The notes under the pieces: generated by a model | The model's database searches: none | Seen by the model: only the letters and a program-made list of their open reading frames with translations | Told to the model about the DNA's origin: nothing | In this document: in pieces, positions 28,757 to 39,164 of the stretch | Numbering within the stretch: position 1 is the first letter of the stretch | Layout of the letters: every line of letters starts with the position of its first letter | Assembly: GCA_964416445.1 (NCBI GenBank) | Contig: CAYQEE010000003.1 | Coordinates: 65,946-129,945 of the forward strand | DNA: 64,000 nucleotides | Direction of reading: 5' to 3' | Origin: an uncultured Gammaproteobacteria bacterium | GTDB taxonomy: Bacteria; Patescibacteriota; Microgenomatia; Levybacterales; UBA12049 | Position numbers and translations under genes: made by a program

Positions 28757-30124
28757 TTAGTTTGTGACGAGATCAAGAATAGAGGCTGCAGACCAAGCTT
28801 GCTGCCGGCAACTGACTTGGCCAGTTGGGCTTTTATATTCAATAAAGGTAGCATCTTGAGTTTTTATATACAGCTCTATTGGTGATTCGAAATATTTAAT
28901 CGGAGTTAAAGTCGCTTCTCTTAGAAGACGTGCATGCGTAGAAAACTTCCATTTTACTAAGCCTTCATGACTGAGGCCATTTAATTTTGGCCAAAAACTA
29001 CCATTATGATAAGAGTTCTGTGAACCATTGAATGTTTCGGAGCGCGTACTCATTGTTCGTATCCCTGCCGTAGGATCAAATAAGTCGTTTTGAAAAGATC
29101 TGTTTACCAAATCATTGACATATTTTGTGCTAAGTATTGATTCAGTAGCTTCAGATTCACTTGAATAACTTGCCCAGAGAAGTAATAAAGGATTTCCTGT
29201 AATTGTTTGAATTTGCTGTTTGTGCCCGTTTATTGCTTGAGCGGTAAAATAGTATTCCTGATCTTTAAAAAGAAACATTTTATTAAAGGTATTTTTCATA
29301 TTTTTTGCAAATTGTAATAATTTCTGGGAATAGTTCTTGTTTCTTACATAATTTGATGAATGGTCGGCATAAAAATTGCTCCACAATCGCAGTGCTAACC
29401 AAGCATATCCTTGAACTTCCACTGGTGCTATTGGATATACTGGGAAAATTCCATCTGCGCTTAAGAGTGATTCATGCGAGTCAGTCCAGGATTGTACACG
29501 CAAGCCTCCAAATTTGCGAGATTTATGAAATTCATATTCGAGAAGATAATCATGATCTTTATCACCATATTCCATAATCCAAGTAAGACCTTTATCAACT
29601 GCCGGTAGTATCTTCATGAGAAAGGATGAGTCCTCCGTGAGTTTCCAAAATCGATAGAGGGCAATTAAACACAAAGGGGTCGAATCTATAGAATCAAAAT
29701 TTCTCATAATACCATCGGGATAAATGTACCAAGGATTTTCTAAAGAAAGTAAGCGTTGATAATTATTTTTGCGATATTCGTGGATAAATTTTCCAGGTTC
29801 TTCTCCACTTTCTATTATTTCCTTTGTCCCCTGTAGATTCACAAGGGTCAAGAGTGAACGTCGGCAAATAGTAAATAATAATTCACGTTCTTGTGAAGAA
29901 AAAGCATTAACATTTTGAATTGCTTTCAAGATCTTTAAAATAGTAATTGCACTATCTCTCCCAAAAATGCAACCATAAACTTCATTCTTGCCCGAAGCAT
30001 AAATTCCTTCATCAGTGGAAAGATTAAAAATACAGTTGAGTACGATATTCCGTAAGGTTGAATTACTCATGTTTAGATAAAAGTAGGGTACTAATAACCT
30101 TAGCAAACAGGAGAAAAATGTCAA
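28757..30124 (-). CDS. Six-hairpin glycosidase, amylo-alpha-1,6-glucosidase (GDE_C)/GH63-like
   Basis: The CIFGRDSAITI motif and overall aromatic/acidic composition are typical of bacterial/archaeal debranching-enzyme-like (alpha/alpha)6 hydrolases. Confidence 0.4.
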   Translation of the reverse strand: MTFFSCLLRLLVPYFYLNMSNSTLRNIVLNCIFNLSTDEGIYASGKNEVYGCIFGRDSAITILKILKAIQNVNAFSSQERELLFTICRRSLLTLVNLQGTKEIIESGEEPGKFIHEYRKNNYQRLLSLENPWYIYPDGIMRNFDSIDSTPLCLIALYRFWKLTEDSSFLMKILPAVDKGLTWIMEYGDKDHDYLLEYEFHKSRKFGGLRVQSWTDSHESLLSADGIFPVYPIAPVEVQGYAWLALRLWSNFYADHSSNYVRNKNYSQKLLQFAKNMKNTFNKMFLFKDQEYYFTAQAINGHKQQIQTITGNPLLLLWASYSSESEATESILSTKYVNDLVNRSFQNDLFDPTAGIRTMSTRSETFNGSQNSYHNGSFWPKLNGLSHEGLVKWKFSTHARLLREATLTPIKYFESPIELYIKTQDATFIEYKSPTGQVSCRQQAWSAASILDLVTN

Positions 30125-30138
30125 GATGTGTGTGGAGA

Positions 30139-31260
30139 TTACGAAATATCAGAGTGCTTCAATTGATAATGATTTGTACTATTTTGTATAATTTTAGTAT
30201 TTGTTTGTTTCAGTTTCTCATGAATAATTTGCTTATATATTTTTTCATATTCTTCAGACATTTTTATCGCATTGAAGTTTTCTAATACATGTCTCCGACA
30301 GTCTATTCGCTTAATTTTTTCAATTTGTGTGACCGAATATACCATTTCTTCAGTATCTTCTACAATAAAGCCGGTTTTCCCATGTTTGATAATTTCAGGT
30401 ATTGATCCCCTGCGAAAAGCAATTACTGGACACCCGCATGCCATTGATTCAATGAGTGTTAAACCAAATGGCTCTCGCCACATAACAGGATGAAGGAATG
30501 CTAAGGCTTTACTCATTAACTGATTTCGTTCTTCTTCATTAACTTCGCCAATGAATTGTATCTTTTGGTTTAAAAATGGTTTTATCCTTACCTCAAAATA
30601 TTTTATATCGTCTGGATCTACTTTCCCTGCGAGTATTAACGGCAAATTAAGATATTTAGCAACGGTAAGTGCTTGATGGACGCCTTTTGCTTCAGTAATT
30701 CGTCCAACATACAATAAATAGCCCTCGCTTTGTTCAGAGAACGGGTACGTTTCCATATTTAGACCATGATAAACCGTACCGATATAATTAAGATAAGGTA
30801 TTGGCTTTCTTTGCGCATTTGAAATACTTACATAAAAAGGGCCAGTAAATGAATCATAATCTCGTTTTGTTAATAAGTTAAATGCAGAATGTAGTGTCAT
30901 AACGACAGGAGTTCTTGATTGTGAAGCAAAAGGCAAACTTATATAGCCTAAATGATCATGGATTATGTCAAATTTATCTTGCATTTCATAGGCTTTACCG
31001 ACATGTAAAAGAGATATTGGATTTGGATTGAAAGGATTTGGAAAATGTTCTTCTACAAGTGATTGAGGATAAAATGAAATAAGTTTTGCTGAGGTAAGTG
31101 AGTCGCCCGTTGCAAAAAGAGTAACATCATGTCCTTTTTTAATTAATTCCTCAGTTAGCGTATAGACAATTCTTTCTGTACCACCATATTTTTGCGGAGG
31201 TACCCGTAATGCGATTGGCGCAATTTGAGCGATTCTCATATGATTATTATTTCTAATCAA
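30139..31260 (-). CDS. Glycosyltransferase family 4 (GT-B, retaining)
   Basis: GGTERIVYTLTEELIKKGHDV, GRITEAKGV, and EPFGLTLIESMACGCPVIAFRRGSIPEII (the E-x7-E motif). Sits immediately upstream of the glycosidase on the same strand. Confidence 0.75.
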   Translation of the reverse strand: MIRNNNHMRIAQIAPIALRVPPQKYGGTERIVYTLTEELIKKGHDVTLFATGDSLTSAKLISFYPQSLVEEHFPNPFNPNPISLLHVGKAYEMQDKFDIIHDHLGYISLPFASQSRTPVVMTLHSAFNLLTKRDYDSFTGPFYVSISNAQRKPIPYLNYIGTVYHGLNMETYPFSEQSEGYLLYVGRITEAKGVHQALTVAKYLNLPLILAGKVDPDDIKYFEVRIKPFLNQKIQFIGEVNEEERNQLMSKALAFLHPVMWREPFGLTLIESMACGCPVIAFRRGSIPEIIKHGKTGFIVEDTEEMVYSVTQIEKIKRIDCRRHVLENFNAIKMSEEYEKIYKQIIHEKLKQTNTKIIQNSTNHYQLKHSDIS

Positions 31261-31326
31261 CGTAAGTGGAAAACCAGTTATTGGTAAGAAAGGTGTAATG
31301 TGATTACTGTGGTAAGTTAATGAATA

Positions 31327-31818
31327 TTAGTTAGTTTGTAGAGTAATAGAATTTGAATTAGAAATAGATGAACTATTATCGTTTGTTATTGAGATGCTTG
31401 GGTTTGAATTTTGAGTAACACTCTGGGATTGGTTATTGTTGTTCATATTACTATTATAGTTACTATTGTCGTATTCTACAGAGAAAATTGGTGTAGATAT
31501 TTCAACGGGAGGATGAACAATAGTAATAATTGGTTCATCAACAACTTCATGAGAATTCTCATTATCATACAAAGTTTGTGTAATTGGTGGAATAAGAGTG
31601 TTCACATTACAATCTGAATTGCAGTTACCTTCGGTTTCTTTTTGTGCATTTTGATCATTTTTTCCTTTATTTTTTTTAGTATCTGTATTTGAAGTTACTT
31701 TTCTGTCTTGAACATGTACTTGGGAAGCAATCGATTGTATCGTAAAAGGAACGCCAATGATGATGCCTGATACTATCAGTGTGCCTACGAAATGAGTATA
31801 ACGATGATTAAATGTCAT
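31327..31818 (-). CDS. Secreted/anchored low-complexity (Asn/Ser-rich) protein
   Basis: N-terminal TM, a CNSDCNVN Cys cluster, and a long N/S-rich tail. Confidence 0.3.
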   Translation of the reverse strand: MTFNHRYTHFVGTLIVSGIIIGVPFTIQSIASQVHVQDRKVTSNTDTKKNKGKNDQNAQKETEGNCNSDCNVNTLIPPITQTLYDNENSHEVVDEPIITIVHPPVEISTPIFSVEYDNSNYNSNMNNNNQSQSVTQNSNPSISITNDNSSSISNSNSITLQTN

Positions 31819-31916
31819 ATTGGATAGAAAAACGCATCATTATTGTCTGATGAATTCTCTAGGCAGTAATTATATGGGACTAAATAATACTTGTCAAGAA
31901 GATCTCTATAAGCCTA

Positions 31917-32498
31917 TTATTTGCTCGTTTCTTGGTGATATATACTTGGGATATTATTTCTACCCCACTGCAGGCTCCTTGCCATCCAGATAAGCTCCGT
32001 GTAAGAACGCTGAATACGTTTTATATATGCTTGATCAATTATTTCATTTTTTTCATCAAATAAATTCTGTACTTGTGGAAAATATAAATCTGAAAATGTA
32101 GCTACCATTCCCATTTCACGGACAGTCCCAGTTAAAGCTTCAATTGCCCTTGCACCTCCAAAGATACCATTAGAAACTCCTGCAAAAGCTACTGGTTTGT
32201 GAATGTAATTTTGTAATTCACTATCTAACATGCGTTTCAAGGTTCCAGGAAAACTATGATTATATTCAGGGGTAACGATAAAAAATGCGTCTGCTTTCTT
32301 TGTAAGTTCAGAATATCGAGGATCTTTATTTTCTGGATCATTACCATCAAAAGGAAATTTGAAATTAGCTGGATCAACGAGTTCGACAGTTATCCCTTCC
32401 ATAGACTTTCCTACTGTTTCTATAAGTTTTGCAGGTTTAATAGATTGTCTTCTCGGTCGAGTTGTTCCTAAAAGTATAGGAATAAATAAATTTTCCAT
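31917..32498 (-). CDS. NAD(P)H-dependent FMN reductase (flavodoxin-like fold)
   Basis: IPILLGTTRPRRQS and FFIVTPEYNHSFPGTLKRMLDS (the TPEYN..PG.LKN.LD motif). The ORF is open to 32624, but the extension is non-protein-like, so the start is placed at MENLF (32498). Confidence 0.7.
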   Translation of the reverse strand: MENLFIPILLGTTRPRRQSIKPAKLIETVGKSMEGITVELVDPANFKFPFDGNDPENKDPRYSELTKKADAFFIVTPEYNHSFPGTLKRMLDSELQNYIHKPVAFAGVSNGIFGGARAIEALTGTVREMGMVATFSDLYFPQVQNLFDEKNEIIDQAYIKRIQRSYTELIWMARSLQWGRNNIPSIYHQETSK

Positions 32499-32702
32499 AG
32501 CGTCATTATTACGTAACCTCTTAGAATTGTAAAGCTTGAATTTATCCTCAGATCTTCTTGACGCTACCCATACTCCGTTATATGATACAAATATGATTTC
32601 TAAAAAAAGAACTATGGGGTACACAATGTCAGTTTGTTGATCCAGATGGGAATACCTTCTTAATTAGTTCTGAATAATTTTATAGAGAATTCAGTTTTAT
32701 TC

Positions 32703-33764
32703 ATGAAAATTATATCTGCTCTACCATTGTGGATTAAGAAGCATAAGGTTATTATGCTTGTTGCTATACTACTCGTTCTTGGTTTAGGATTATTTTTACG
32801 TCCAAAATCACCTCCTACTCTTGATCTACAAACTGTCTCTCGTACCAATCTTGTTCAGTCGGTATCGGTAAGCGGTGCAGTTGCAGCAAAAAAAATCGCT
32901 AACTTGTCGTTTATCACTTCCGGACTACTTACGTTTATAGGAGCTCAAGAAGGAGATATGGTAAAGGCAGGACAAATAGTAGCGACAATTGATCAACGTA
33001 CGGTTGAAAAAAATATTCAAAATGCGGTCGATGCTTATGAAATTCAAAAAGTTTCTTATAATAATGTTAATGATTTTAATGGAGACCGAGCATTAAGCGA
33101 TACTGGACTTAGTATTGCAGCAAGAAGACAACTTGAAACAGCGGCAGATTCTCTTGATCAAGCAAAAGTTGCCCTTGATATTCAACAAATTGCCCAGCAA
33201 CAATCAGTAATTACCTCTCCGATTGATGGGATATTAACTCGTTTAGATGCAAAAACAGTAGGTATGAATGTTACCCCAACAATGGTGTTTATGGTAGTTG
33301 ACCCGAAAAGTTTGGTTTTTGATATGGATGTAGATGAAGCAGATATTGGGAAAGTTACTTTAAATCAACTCGTTAAAATAAATTTAGACCCGTATCCAGA
33401 TTCCACGCTCTCATTTCAGGTGAGTAATATCGATTTTGTAAGTCATACAACTACTAATGGTGGAAATGCCTTTACAGTCGAAGTTAAGTTACCAACTGAT
33501 AATGTCGGAAAATATAGAGTCGGGATGAACGGTAATGCTGAGATAATTACTGGTGAACATGATCACGTTCTTACTGTACCCCAAGCGAGTTTAGTTAATA
33601 ACGATAGTGTATTTGTCAAAGTTGCTAGAGGTTATGAGAAAAAACGTGTAACACTTGGATTACAGAATGATGTTGATGTAGAAGTAACAAAGGGATTACA
33701 AGAGGGAGATAAAGTAGTATTACAGCCAGATAAAGTTCCACAAAATCAAGTGGTTCAAGGATAG
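32703..33764 (+). CDS. Efflux periplasmic adaptor (MacA/HlyD family)
   Basis: N-terminal TM, a lipoyl-like domain, an alpha-hairpin and a beta-barrel. First gene of an adaptor-ATPase-permease trio. Confidence 0.65.
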   Translation: MKIISALPLWIKKHKVIMLVAILLVLGLGLFLRPKSPPTLDLQTVSRTNLVQSVSVSGAVAAKKIANLSFITSGLLTFIGAQEGDMVKAGQIVATIDQRTVEKNIQNAVDAYEIQKVSYNNVNDFNGDRALSDTGLSIAARRQLETAADSLDQAKVALDIQQIAQQQSVITSPIDGILTRLDAKTVGMNVTPTMVFMVVDPKSLVFDMDVDEADIGKVTLNQLVKINLDPYPDSTLSFQVSNIDFVSHTTTNGGNAFTVEVKLPTDNVGKYRVGMNGNAEIITGEHDHVLTVPQASLVNNDSVFVKVARGYEKKRVTLGLQNDVDVEVTKGLQEGDKVVLQPDKVPQNQVVQG

Positions 33765-33777
33765 TGAGAAATGCTTC

Positions 33778-34470
33778 ATGAAATCATTAGAACCGATCAT
33801 TCGTTTAACTGAAATAAAAAAAGAGTATATTTCTGGTGATGTTATTACCGAAGTTTTAAAAGGAATATCCTTATTAGTATATAAAGGTGATTTTATTGCA
33901 ATCACTGGCCCTTCCGGTAGTGGAAAATCAACATTAATGAATATTTTAGGATTACTTGATAGTCCATCAGCTGGTACTTATGTATTGAATACGGAGAATG
34001 TTACTGGGTTATCTGAGGATAAACTTGCATTTGTAAGAAATCGAGAAATAGGATTTGTTTTTCAATCATTTAATTTATTACCACGTGCCTCAGCAATTGA
34101 TAATGTTATGTTACCCGCAATATATTCAGGTATGGACGCAAAAAAAAGAGAAAGTCGAGCATTAGATTTGCTCTCTCAATTAGGTTTAAAAGAGAGAATT
34201 AATAATCATCCGAATCAATTGTCAGGAGGGCAACAACAACGGGTTGCTATTGCGCGGGCATTAATGAATGATCCTGAAATTATTTTAGCAGATGAACCAA
34301 CGGGAAATTTAGATACCAAATCAGGTACTGATGTTATGAATATCTTAAAAACATTAAATAATAATGGAAAAACAATTGTGCTCATAACTCATGAACATGA
34401 TATAGCAAAACAAGCGAAAAAAATAATTTTTGTGCGTGACGGCATAATCCAGAAAAAAGGAGATATTTAA
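33778..34470 (+). CDS. ABC transporter ATP-binding protein (MacB/LolD-type)
   Basis: Walker [10 protein letters not shown], signature [15 protein letters not shown], Walker [12 protein letters not shown], and an H-loop ITHE. Confidence 0.85.
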   Translation: MKSLEPIIRLTEIKKEYISGDVITEVLKGISLLVYKGDFIAITGPSGSGKSTLMNILGLLDSPSAGTYVLNTENVTGLSEDKLAFVRNREIGFVFQSFNLLPRASAIDNVMLPAIYSGMDAKKRESRALDLLSQLGLKERINNHPNQLSGGQQQRVAIARALMNDPEIILADEPTGNLDTKSGTDVMNILKTLNNNGKTIVLITHEHDIAKQAKKIIFVRDGIIQKKGDI

Positions 34471-34471
34471 A

Positions 34472-35662
34472 ATGGGATTTGTACAATTATTACAGCTTGC
34501 GTGGGGTGCGTTAATTACTAATAAATTACGAAGTGTTTTGACAACATTAGGCATAATTATTGGCGTTTTTGCCATAATTTTACTTGTTTCACTTGGCTCA
34601 GGTCTTCAAGATTATATAACTAATCAAATTTCTGGATTAGGGTCTAATCTCCTTTTTATCATTCCAGGTCCTGCTGGAGGAGCTCGAACACCTGGAGGTA
34701 TTGTTGCGAATAAACTTGTTCTTTCTGATGCTGAAACACTCAGTAGCCAGTTACATGCAGTCGCAAATGTTGCTCCTCTTATCCAGAAATCTATTACCGT
34801 AAAGTATAAAAATAGAACTGATAAAGGGGTTGCAGTCGCTGGTAGCACGTATAATTATAATCAAATAATTAACATTGCTATAGATCATGGTTCTGGTTTT
34901 ACGCAAGGTCAACAACGTTCTGGTGCACGAGTGGCTATTATTGGGGAAACAGTAGTGACGAAACTCTTTCCTAATGAGAATGCGCTTAGTAAAACAATTC
35001 TTGTAGGAAATAATCGATATACAATAATTGGCATTTTTGCAAGACGTGGATCAGTATTTGGATTAGATCAAGATAATGCATTGCTTATCCCGATTACAGT
35101 TGCTCAACAGCAATTTGGTATCACAAATGTTAATGTGATTTATCTATCGGCAAAAAATCCGGATTTGGTGACCTTTGTTCAGAAAGAAGCTGAGAAGATA
35201 CTTTTACGAAGATTAACATCAGACGATTTTAACATTCAAACTCAAGAGTCAGCACTTTCAACAATTACAAATGTAACGAATGTATTATCGATTGCTTTAG
35301 GTGGAATTGCATCTATTTCTCTTTTAGTTGGTGGAATTGGTGTTGCTAATATCATGTTAGTTTCTGTTACTGAACGGACTCGTGAAATAGGATTGAGAAA
35401 AGCACTTGGAGCAAGAAGAATAGATATTCTCAAACAGTTTCTTTTCGAAGCAATCATTCTGTCACTTGTCGGAGGAATTATTGGAATTGTCTTAGGAATA
35501 GGTGCTTCTCTTATTATTTCGATTTTTTTTGTATCGCAAGTAACACCTTGGTCGGTTTTTCTTGCATTTTTCTTTTCAATAGCTGTTGGAGTTGTTTTTG
35601 GTATGGCTCCTGCTATTAAAGCATCAAAGCTTTCACCGATTGAAGCTCTTAGATATGAGTAA
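34472..35662 (+). CDS. ABC transporter permease (FtsX/MacB-type, 4 TM with periplasmic domain)
   Basis: An N-terminal TM, a large extracytoplasmic domain, then three C-terminal TMs carrying the ERTREIGLRKALGA motif typical of FtsX-like permeases. Confidence 0.75.
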   Translation: MGFVQLLQLAWGALITNKLRSVLTTLGIIIGVFAIILLVSLGSGLQDYITNQISGLGSNLLFIIPGPAGGARTPGGIVANKLVLSDAETLSSQLHAVANVAPLIQKSITVKYKNRTDKGVAVAGSTYNYNQIINIAIDHGSGFTQGQQRSGARVAIIGETVVTKLFPNENALSKTILVGNNRYTIIGIFARRGSVFGLDQDNALLIPITVAQQQFGITNVNVIYLSAKNPDLVTFVQKEAEKILLRRLTSDDFNIQTQESALSTITNVTNVLSIALGGIASISLLVGGIGVANIMLVSVTERTREIGLRKALGARRIDILKQFLFEAIILSLVGGIIGIVLGIGASLIISIFFVSQVTPWSVFLAFFFSIAVGVVFGMAPAIKASKLSPIEALRYE

Positions 35663-35768
35663 AATTAGTGACTTGTTTATTTACTTGCTGACGTTATTTT
35701 AAGTCTCACATGAATAGTAATAATTCTCAATTTAAACGATATGGGTATTGATGGAAATGACAATTCTA

Positions 35769-37589
35769 TTAATTATTTCGCTGGTTTCTTACACGATCAA
35801 TTCGTGAAAGGAATTTTTTTCTTGGGCGTAAATTCAAAGGTGTCACTTCTAATAATTCGTCTTCTTCAATAAAATCCAAATATTGTTCTAAGCTCATTTT
35901 TAAAGGTGGAGTTAAAATGATAGCAATATCTCCTGTTGATGCACGCATATTGGTTAATTTTTTACCCTTAATGACATTAATTTCAATATCATCACGACGA
36001 GAGTTTAAACCAACGATCATTCCTTCATAGACGGGTGTACCAGGTTCAATAAAGGATATACCTCTCTCTTGTACGGTTGTTAAACCGTAACTTAATGCTG
36101 TTCCCGACTCCGCTGCAATGAGGACTCCGTTTCGTATTTTATCAAGAGCTGGCTTAATAGGTTGAAAACTATCAAATAAGGTATTAATAACTGCGGTACC
36201 TTTTGTATTAGTAAGCAAAACACTGCGTATTCCCAAAAGGTTTTTAGAAGGTATTTTATATTCAAGTCTCGTATTCCCCTTATGATCAGGAACCATATTA
36301 GTCATATCTCCTCTTCGAACTCCAAGTTCTTGGGTTACTGCACCGACATAATTGTCTGGTATATCAATAAAGACATCTTCTACTGGTTCTAATTCAACAT
36401 CATCAACAATTTTCGTTATCACTTGTGGTTTGCTTACTTCAAATTCGTAGCCTTCGCGGCGAAGCGTTTCTATGAGAACCGATAAGTGAAGTTCTCCTCT
36501 GCCTGAGACAAGAAAACGATCTCCCGCAATTTCTAGCCGAAGACTTACGTTGGTTTCGAGTTCCTTTTGTAGACGCTCAAGTATCTGTCGTGAGTTAGTA
36601 AATTTACCTTCTTTTCCGTTAAAAGGAGAAGTATTAGGCCCAATAGCAATTTTTATAGTTGGCTCTTCAACTGAAATTCGTGGCAATGGACTTGGGTCAT
36701 TAGAATCAGCTACTGTATCTCCTATGGTAGCTCCTGCGACTCCCGTGATATCAACAATATCTCCTGCAGGTGCTGATTCTACTTCAGTTTTTTTTAATCC
36801 ATGAGTAATATAAATAGTTTCTATTCGAGCTGAATTTTTTGAACCATCTTCTTTCAAAAGTACTACAGACTGACCTTTTGTTATTTTTCCTCGTTTTACT
36901 CGTCCGATAATATGTTTGCCTTTATGACTATCATAATCAAGTGAAGTGACCAGGAGTTGTAGAGATCCTTCCTCAATTACTGGTCCAGGAATAGTTGTCA
37001 GAATGGTTTCAAAGAGTGGTGTAAGCGATGTGGAAGTTCTTGCTTCTTGTTCTGTGTGACCTGCTTTTCCTTCTCTACCAATTGCATAAATAACAGGAAA
37101 ATCAAGTTGGTCTTCATGGGTAGCAAGTTCTAAAAATAAATCATGAGTTCTACTCAATGTATCTTGAATATTTGCGAGTGGTTTATCAATTTTATTAATA
37201 ACTACGATAATTTTTAGTCCTAGTTCTATTGCTTTTTTTAAAACGAACTTTGTTTGAGGCATTGGTCCTTCTTGTGCATCGATAATAAGAAGTGCTCCAT
37301 CTGCCATATTGAGTGTCCGCTCTACTTCTCCAGAAAAGTCGGCGTGGCCAGGAGTATCTATAATGTTAATTTTCGTATTGTTATAATCAATAGCGGTATT
37401 TTTAGCTAAAATAGTGATTCCTCGTTCTCTCTCTAATGGATTGGAATCGAGAATAGTTGTTTGCAGCATTTCAGCTTCGTTATCCCGAAAGGTATGTGAT
37501 TGTTTTAAGAGAAAATCTACAAGAGTGGTTTTCCCATGATCAACGTGAGCAATAATGGCAATATTTCTGATATTTTGAGACTGGTTCAT
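35769..37589 (-). CDS. typA: Translational GTPase TypA/BipA
   Basis: IAIIAHVDHGKTTLVD (G1), NIIDTPGHADF (G3), NKIDK (G4). About 600 aa with the EF-G-like domain order. Confidence 0.85.
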   Translation of the reverse strand: MNQSQNIRNIAIIAHVDHGKTTLVDFLLKQSHTFRDNEAEMLQTTILDSNPLERERGITILAKNTAIDYNNTKINIIDTPGHADFSGEVERTLNMADGALLIIDAQEGPMPQTKFVLKKAIELGLKIIVVINKIDKPLANIQDTLSRTHDLFLELATHEDQLDFPVIYAIGREGKAGHTEQEARTSTSLTPLFETILTTIPGPVIEEGSLQLLVTSLDYDSHKGKHIIGRVKRGKITKGQSVVLLKEDGSKNSARIETIYITHGLKKTEVESAPAGDIVDITGVAGATIGDTVADSNDPSPLPRISVEEPTIKIAIGPNTSPFNGKEGKFTNSRQILERLQKELETNVSLRLEIAGDRFLVSGRGELHLSVLIETLRREGYEFEVSKPQVITKIVDDVELEPVEDVFIDIPDNYVGAVTQELGVRRGDMTNMVPDHKGNTRLEYKIPSKNLLGIRSVLLTNTKGTAVINTLFDSFQPIKPALDKIRNGVLIAAESGTALSYGLTTVQERGISFIEPGTPVYEGMIVGLNSRRDDIEINVIKGKKLTNMRASTGDIAIILTPPLKMSLEQYLDFIEEDELLEVTPLNLRPRKKFLSRIDRVRNQRNN

Positions 37590-37645
37590 AATAAAAATGG
37601 CGCAAAGTTGCGCAATACATAATCTTATTATACCATAAATTCATC

Positions 37646-38140
37646 ATGATAGGTTATTTTAAGCGTATTGGTTCTCTCTACAATAGTCATATTCGTGGAC
37701 ATCATGAAGAACCACGCTTCTTAATAATTATGTCATTTACCTTTACGTTTATTCTTGCTAGACTCATTGTTTATAATATTCGTTTTCATATTATTCCTTT
37801 TATTCCAACTCGAACAATCTATATTCACCAAATTCATATTCATCATTTAGTATTTGGAATCATATTGTTAATAATTGCTGGATTTATACGTATACCTCAG
37901 TTTGGAAAAGAATTAATGCGATTATCATCGATTCTTTATGGTATGGGCGCAGCATTAACACTTGATGAATTTTCACTTTGGTTACGATTTAATCCTGATG
38001 CCTACTGGGGTCCTCAAGGAAGACTTAGTATTGATGCAGTCATCCTATTTATACTGATTATGTTAACAAGCATGTGGCATGGAACCTTTTGGCGTAGGCT
38101 TTTTAACTTGACTGTTCGCGTATTCTTTAAAAAAAAATAG
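37646..38140 (+). CDS. Hypothetical membrane protein
   Basis: Four predicted TM helices. His-rich loop IHQIHIHH. Confidence 0.35.
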   Translation: MIGYFKRIGSLYNSHIRGHHEEPRFLIIMSFTFTFILARLIVYNIRFHIIPFIPTRTIYIHQIHIHHLVFGIILLIIAGFIRIPQFGKELMRLSSILYGMGAALTLDEFSLWLRFNPDAYWGPQGRLSIDAVILFILIMLTSMWHGTFWRRLFNLTVRVFFKKK

Positions 38141-38160
38141 TATTCTGATAGACTTATTTC

Positions 38161-39090
38161 ATGTTAGCCAAGAAGTTAAACTTGAAGGTTCTTTTGTTGT
38201 TATTCTTATTAGGAGGGATTACGAGTGTAGGTTTTTTCATAAAACATAGTTCTTCATTAAGGCCAAAAAAGATACTTTCTAAATCTATATTACAAAAACA
38301 TGTTCTAGGAACTGGCAGTCAGTTAGTTCCTACAATTAAATTTACTCTTTTGCCTTCATCAGCATCAACAACAGTAACGGTTCAGCCAACGGTGTATTCT
38401 GGCTATTGCATGAAAGTGCCAGTGCTTATGTACCACCATGTTGCGCCTACTGTACTTGCTTTAGCGAAAGGATTTTCTTCACTAAATGTTGATAGTAATT
38501 CATTTGATCAGCAAATGGGGTATCTTGCAACACATGGATATACGTCAATTTTCGCTTCAACGTTGGTAAATGCATTGCATAATCATACCCCGCTTGCTTC
38601 AAAAAGTATTGTAGTAACATTGGATGATGGTTACCAAGATGTTTATGATTACGCGTTTCCGTCTGCCAAAAAATATAATATAAAACTTAGCCTTATGATT
38701 CCAACGGGACTTTTAGGTGTTAATGCTGGTACAAATAGCTATTACAGTTGGGCGGAATTACACGATATGATGAGTACTGGTTTGGTAGAACCAGACAATC
38801 ATACTTTTTCGCATTATGCCATGGGAACGCAAGGAATAACGAAAGATCAATTTGAAGTATCTACTGCGCAACAACAGTTACATTCTAATGTTGGAATAAC
38901 TCCCATTGTTTTCGCTTGGCCGTATGGAACAAATGCAGCAAAATCTTCGTTATATCCTACTTTACAACAAAATGGAATTATTGGAGCATTTTCTACAATA
39001 GTAGGTTCTTATCAATGTGATTCATTTATGTATAGTCTTCATAGAACCCGAGTAGGAAGTATATCCTTTCCGGCATATGGTATAAATTAA
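38161..39090 (+). CDS. Polysaccharide deacetylase (CE4, NodB-homology)
   Basis: IVVTLDDGYQDVYDYAFP (the TFDDG-type motif 1) and HTFSHYAM (His motif). N-terminal signal/TM. Confidence 0.7.
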   Translation: MLAKKLNLKVLLLLFLLGGITSVGFFIKHSSSLRPKKILSKSILQKHVLGTGSQLVPTIKFTLLPSSASTTVTVQPTVYSGYCMKVPVLMYHHVAPTVLALAKGFSSLNVDSNSFDQQMGYLATHGYTSIFASTLVNALHNHTPLASKSIVVTLDDGYQDVYDYAFPSAKKYNIKLSLMIPTGLLGVNAGTNSYYSWAELHDMMSTGLVEPDNHTFSHYAMGTQGITKDQFEVSTAQQQLHSNVGITPIVFAWPYGTNAAKSSLYPTLQQNGIIGAFSTIVGSYQCDSFMYSLHRTRVGSISFPAYGIN

Positions 39091-39164
39091 TGTTATCATG
39101 CTAAATATCAGTATGATATCTTATGACATATTTATTTTCGTGAATAATTTACATATAGTATAGT

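Noticed and set aside
30058-30493. ORFs 30058..30285(+) and 30272..30493(+)
   Set aside because: Antisense to the GT4 gene and the 5' end of the glycosidase gene. No motifs.
32660-32848. ORF 32660..32848(-)
   Set aside because: Overlaps the 5' end of the MacA-like adaptor gene on the opposite strand. The adaptor has a clear TM-plus-lipoyl start.
36550-36804. ORF 36550..36804(+)
   Set aside because: Antisense inside typA.
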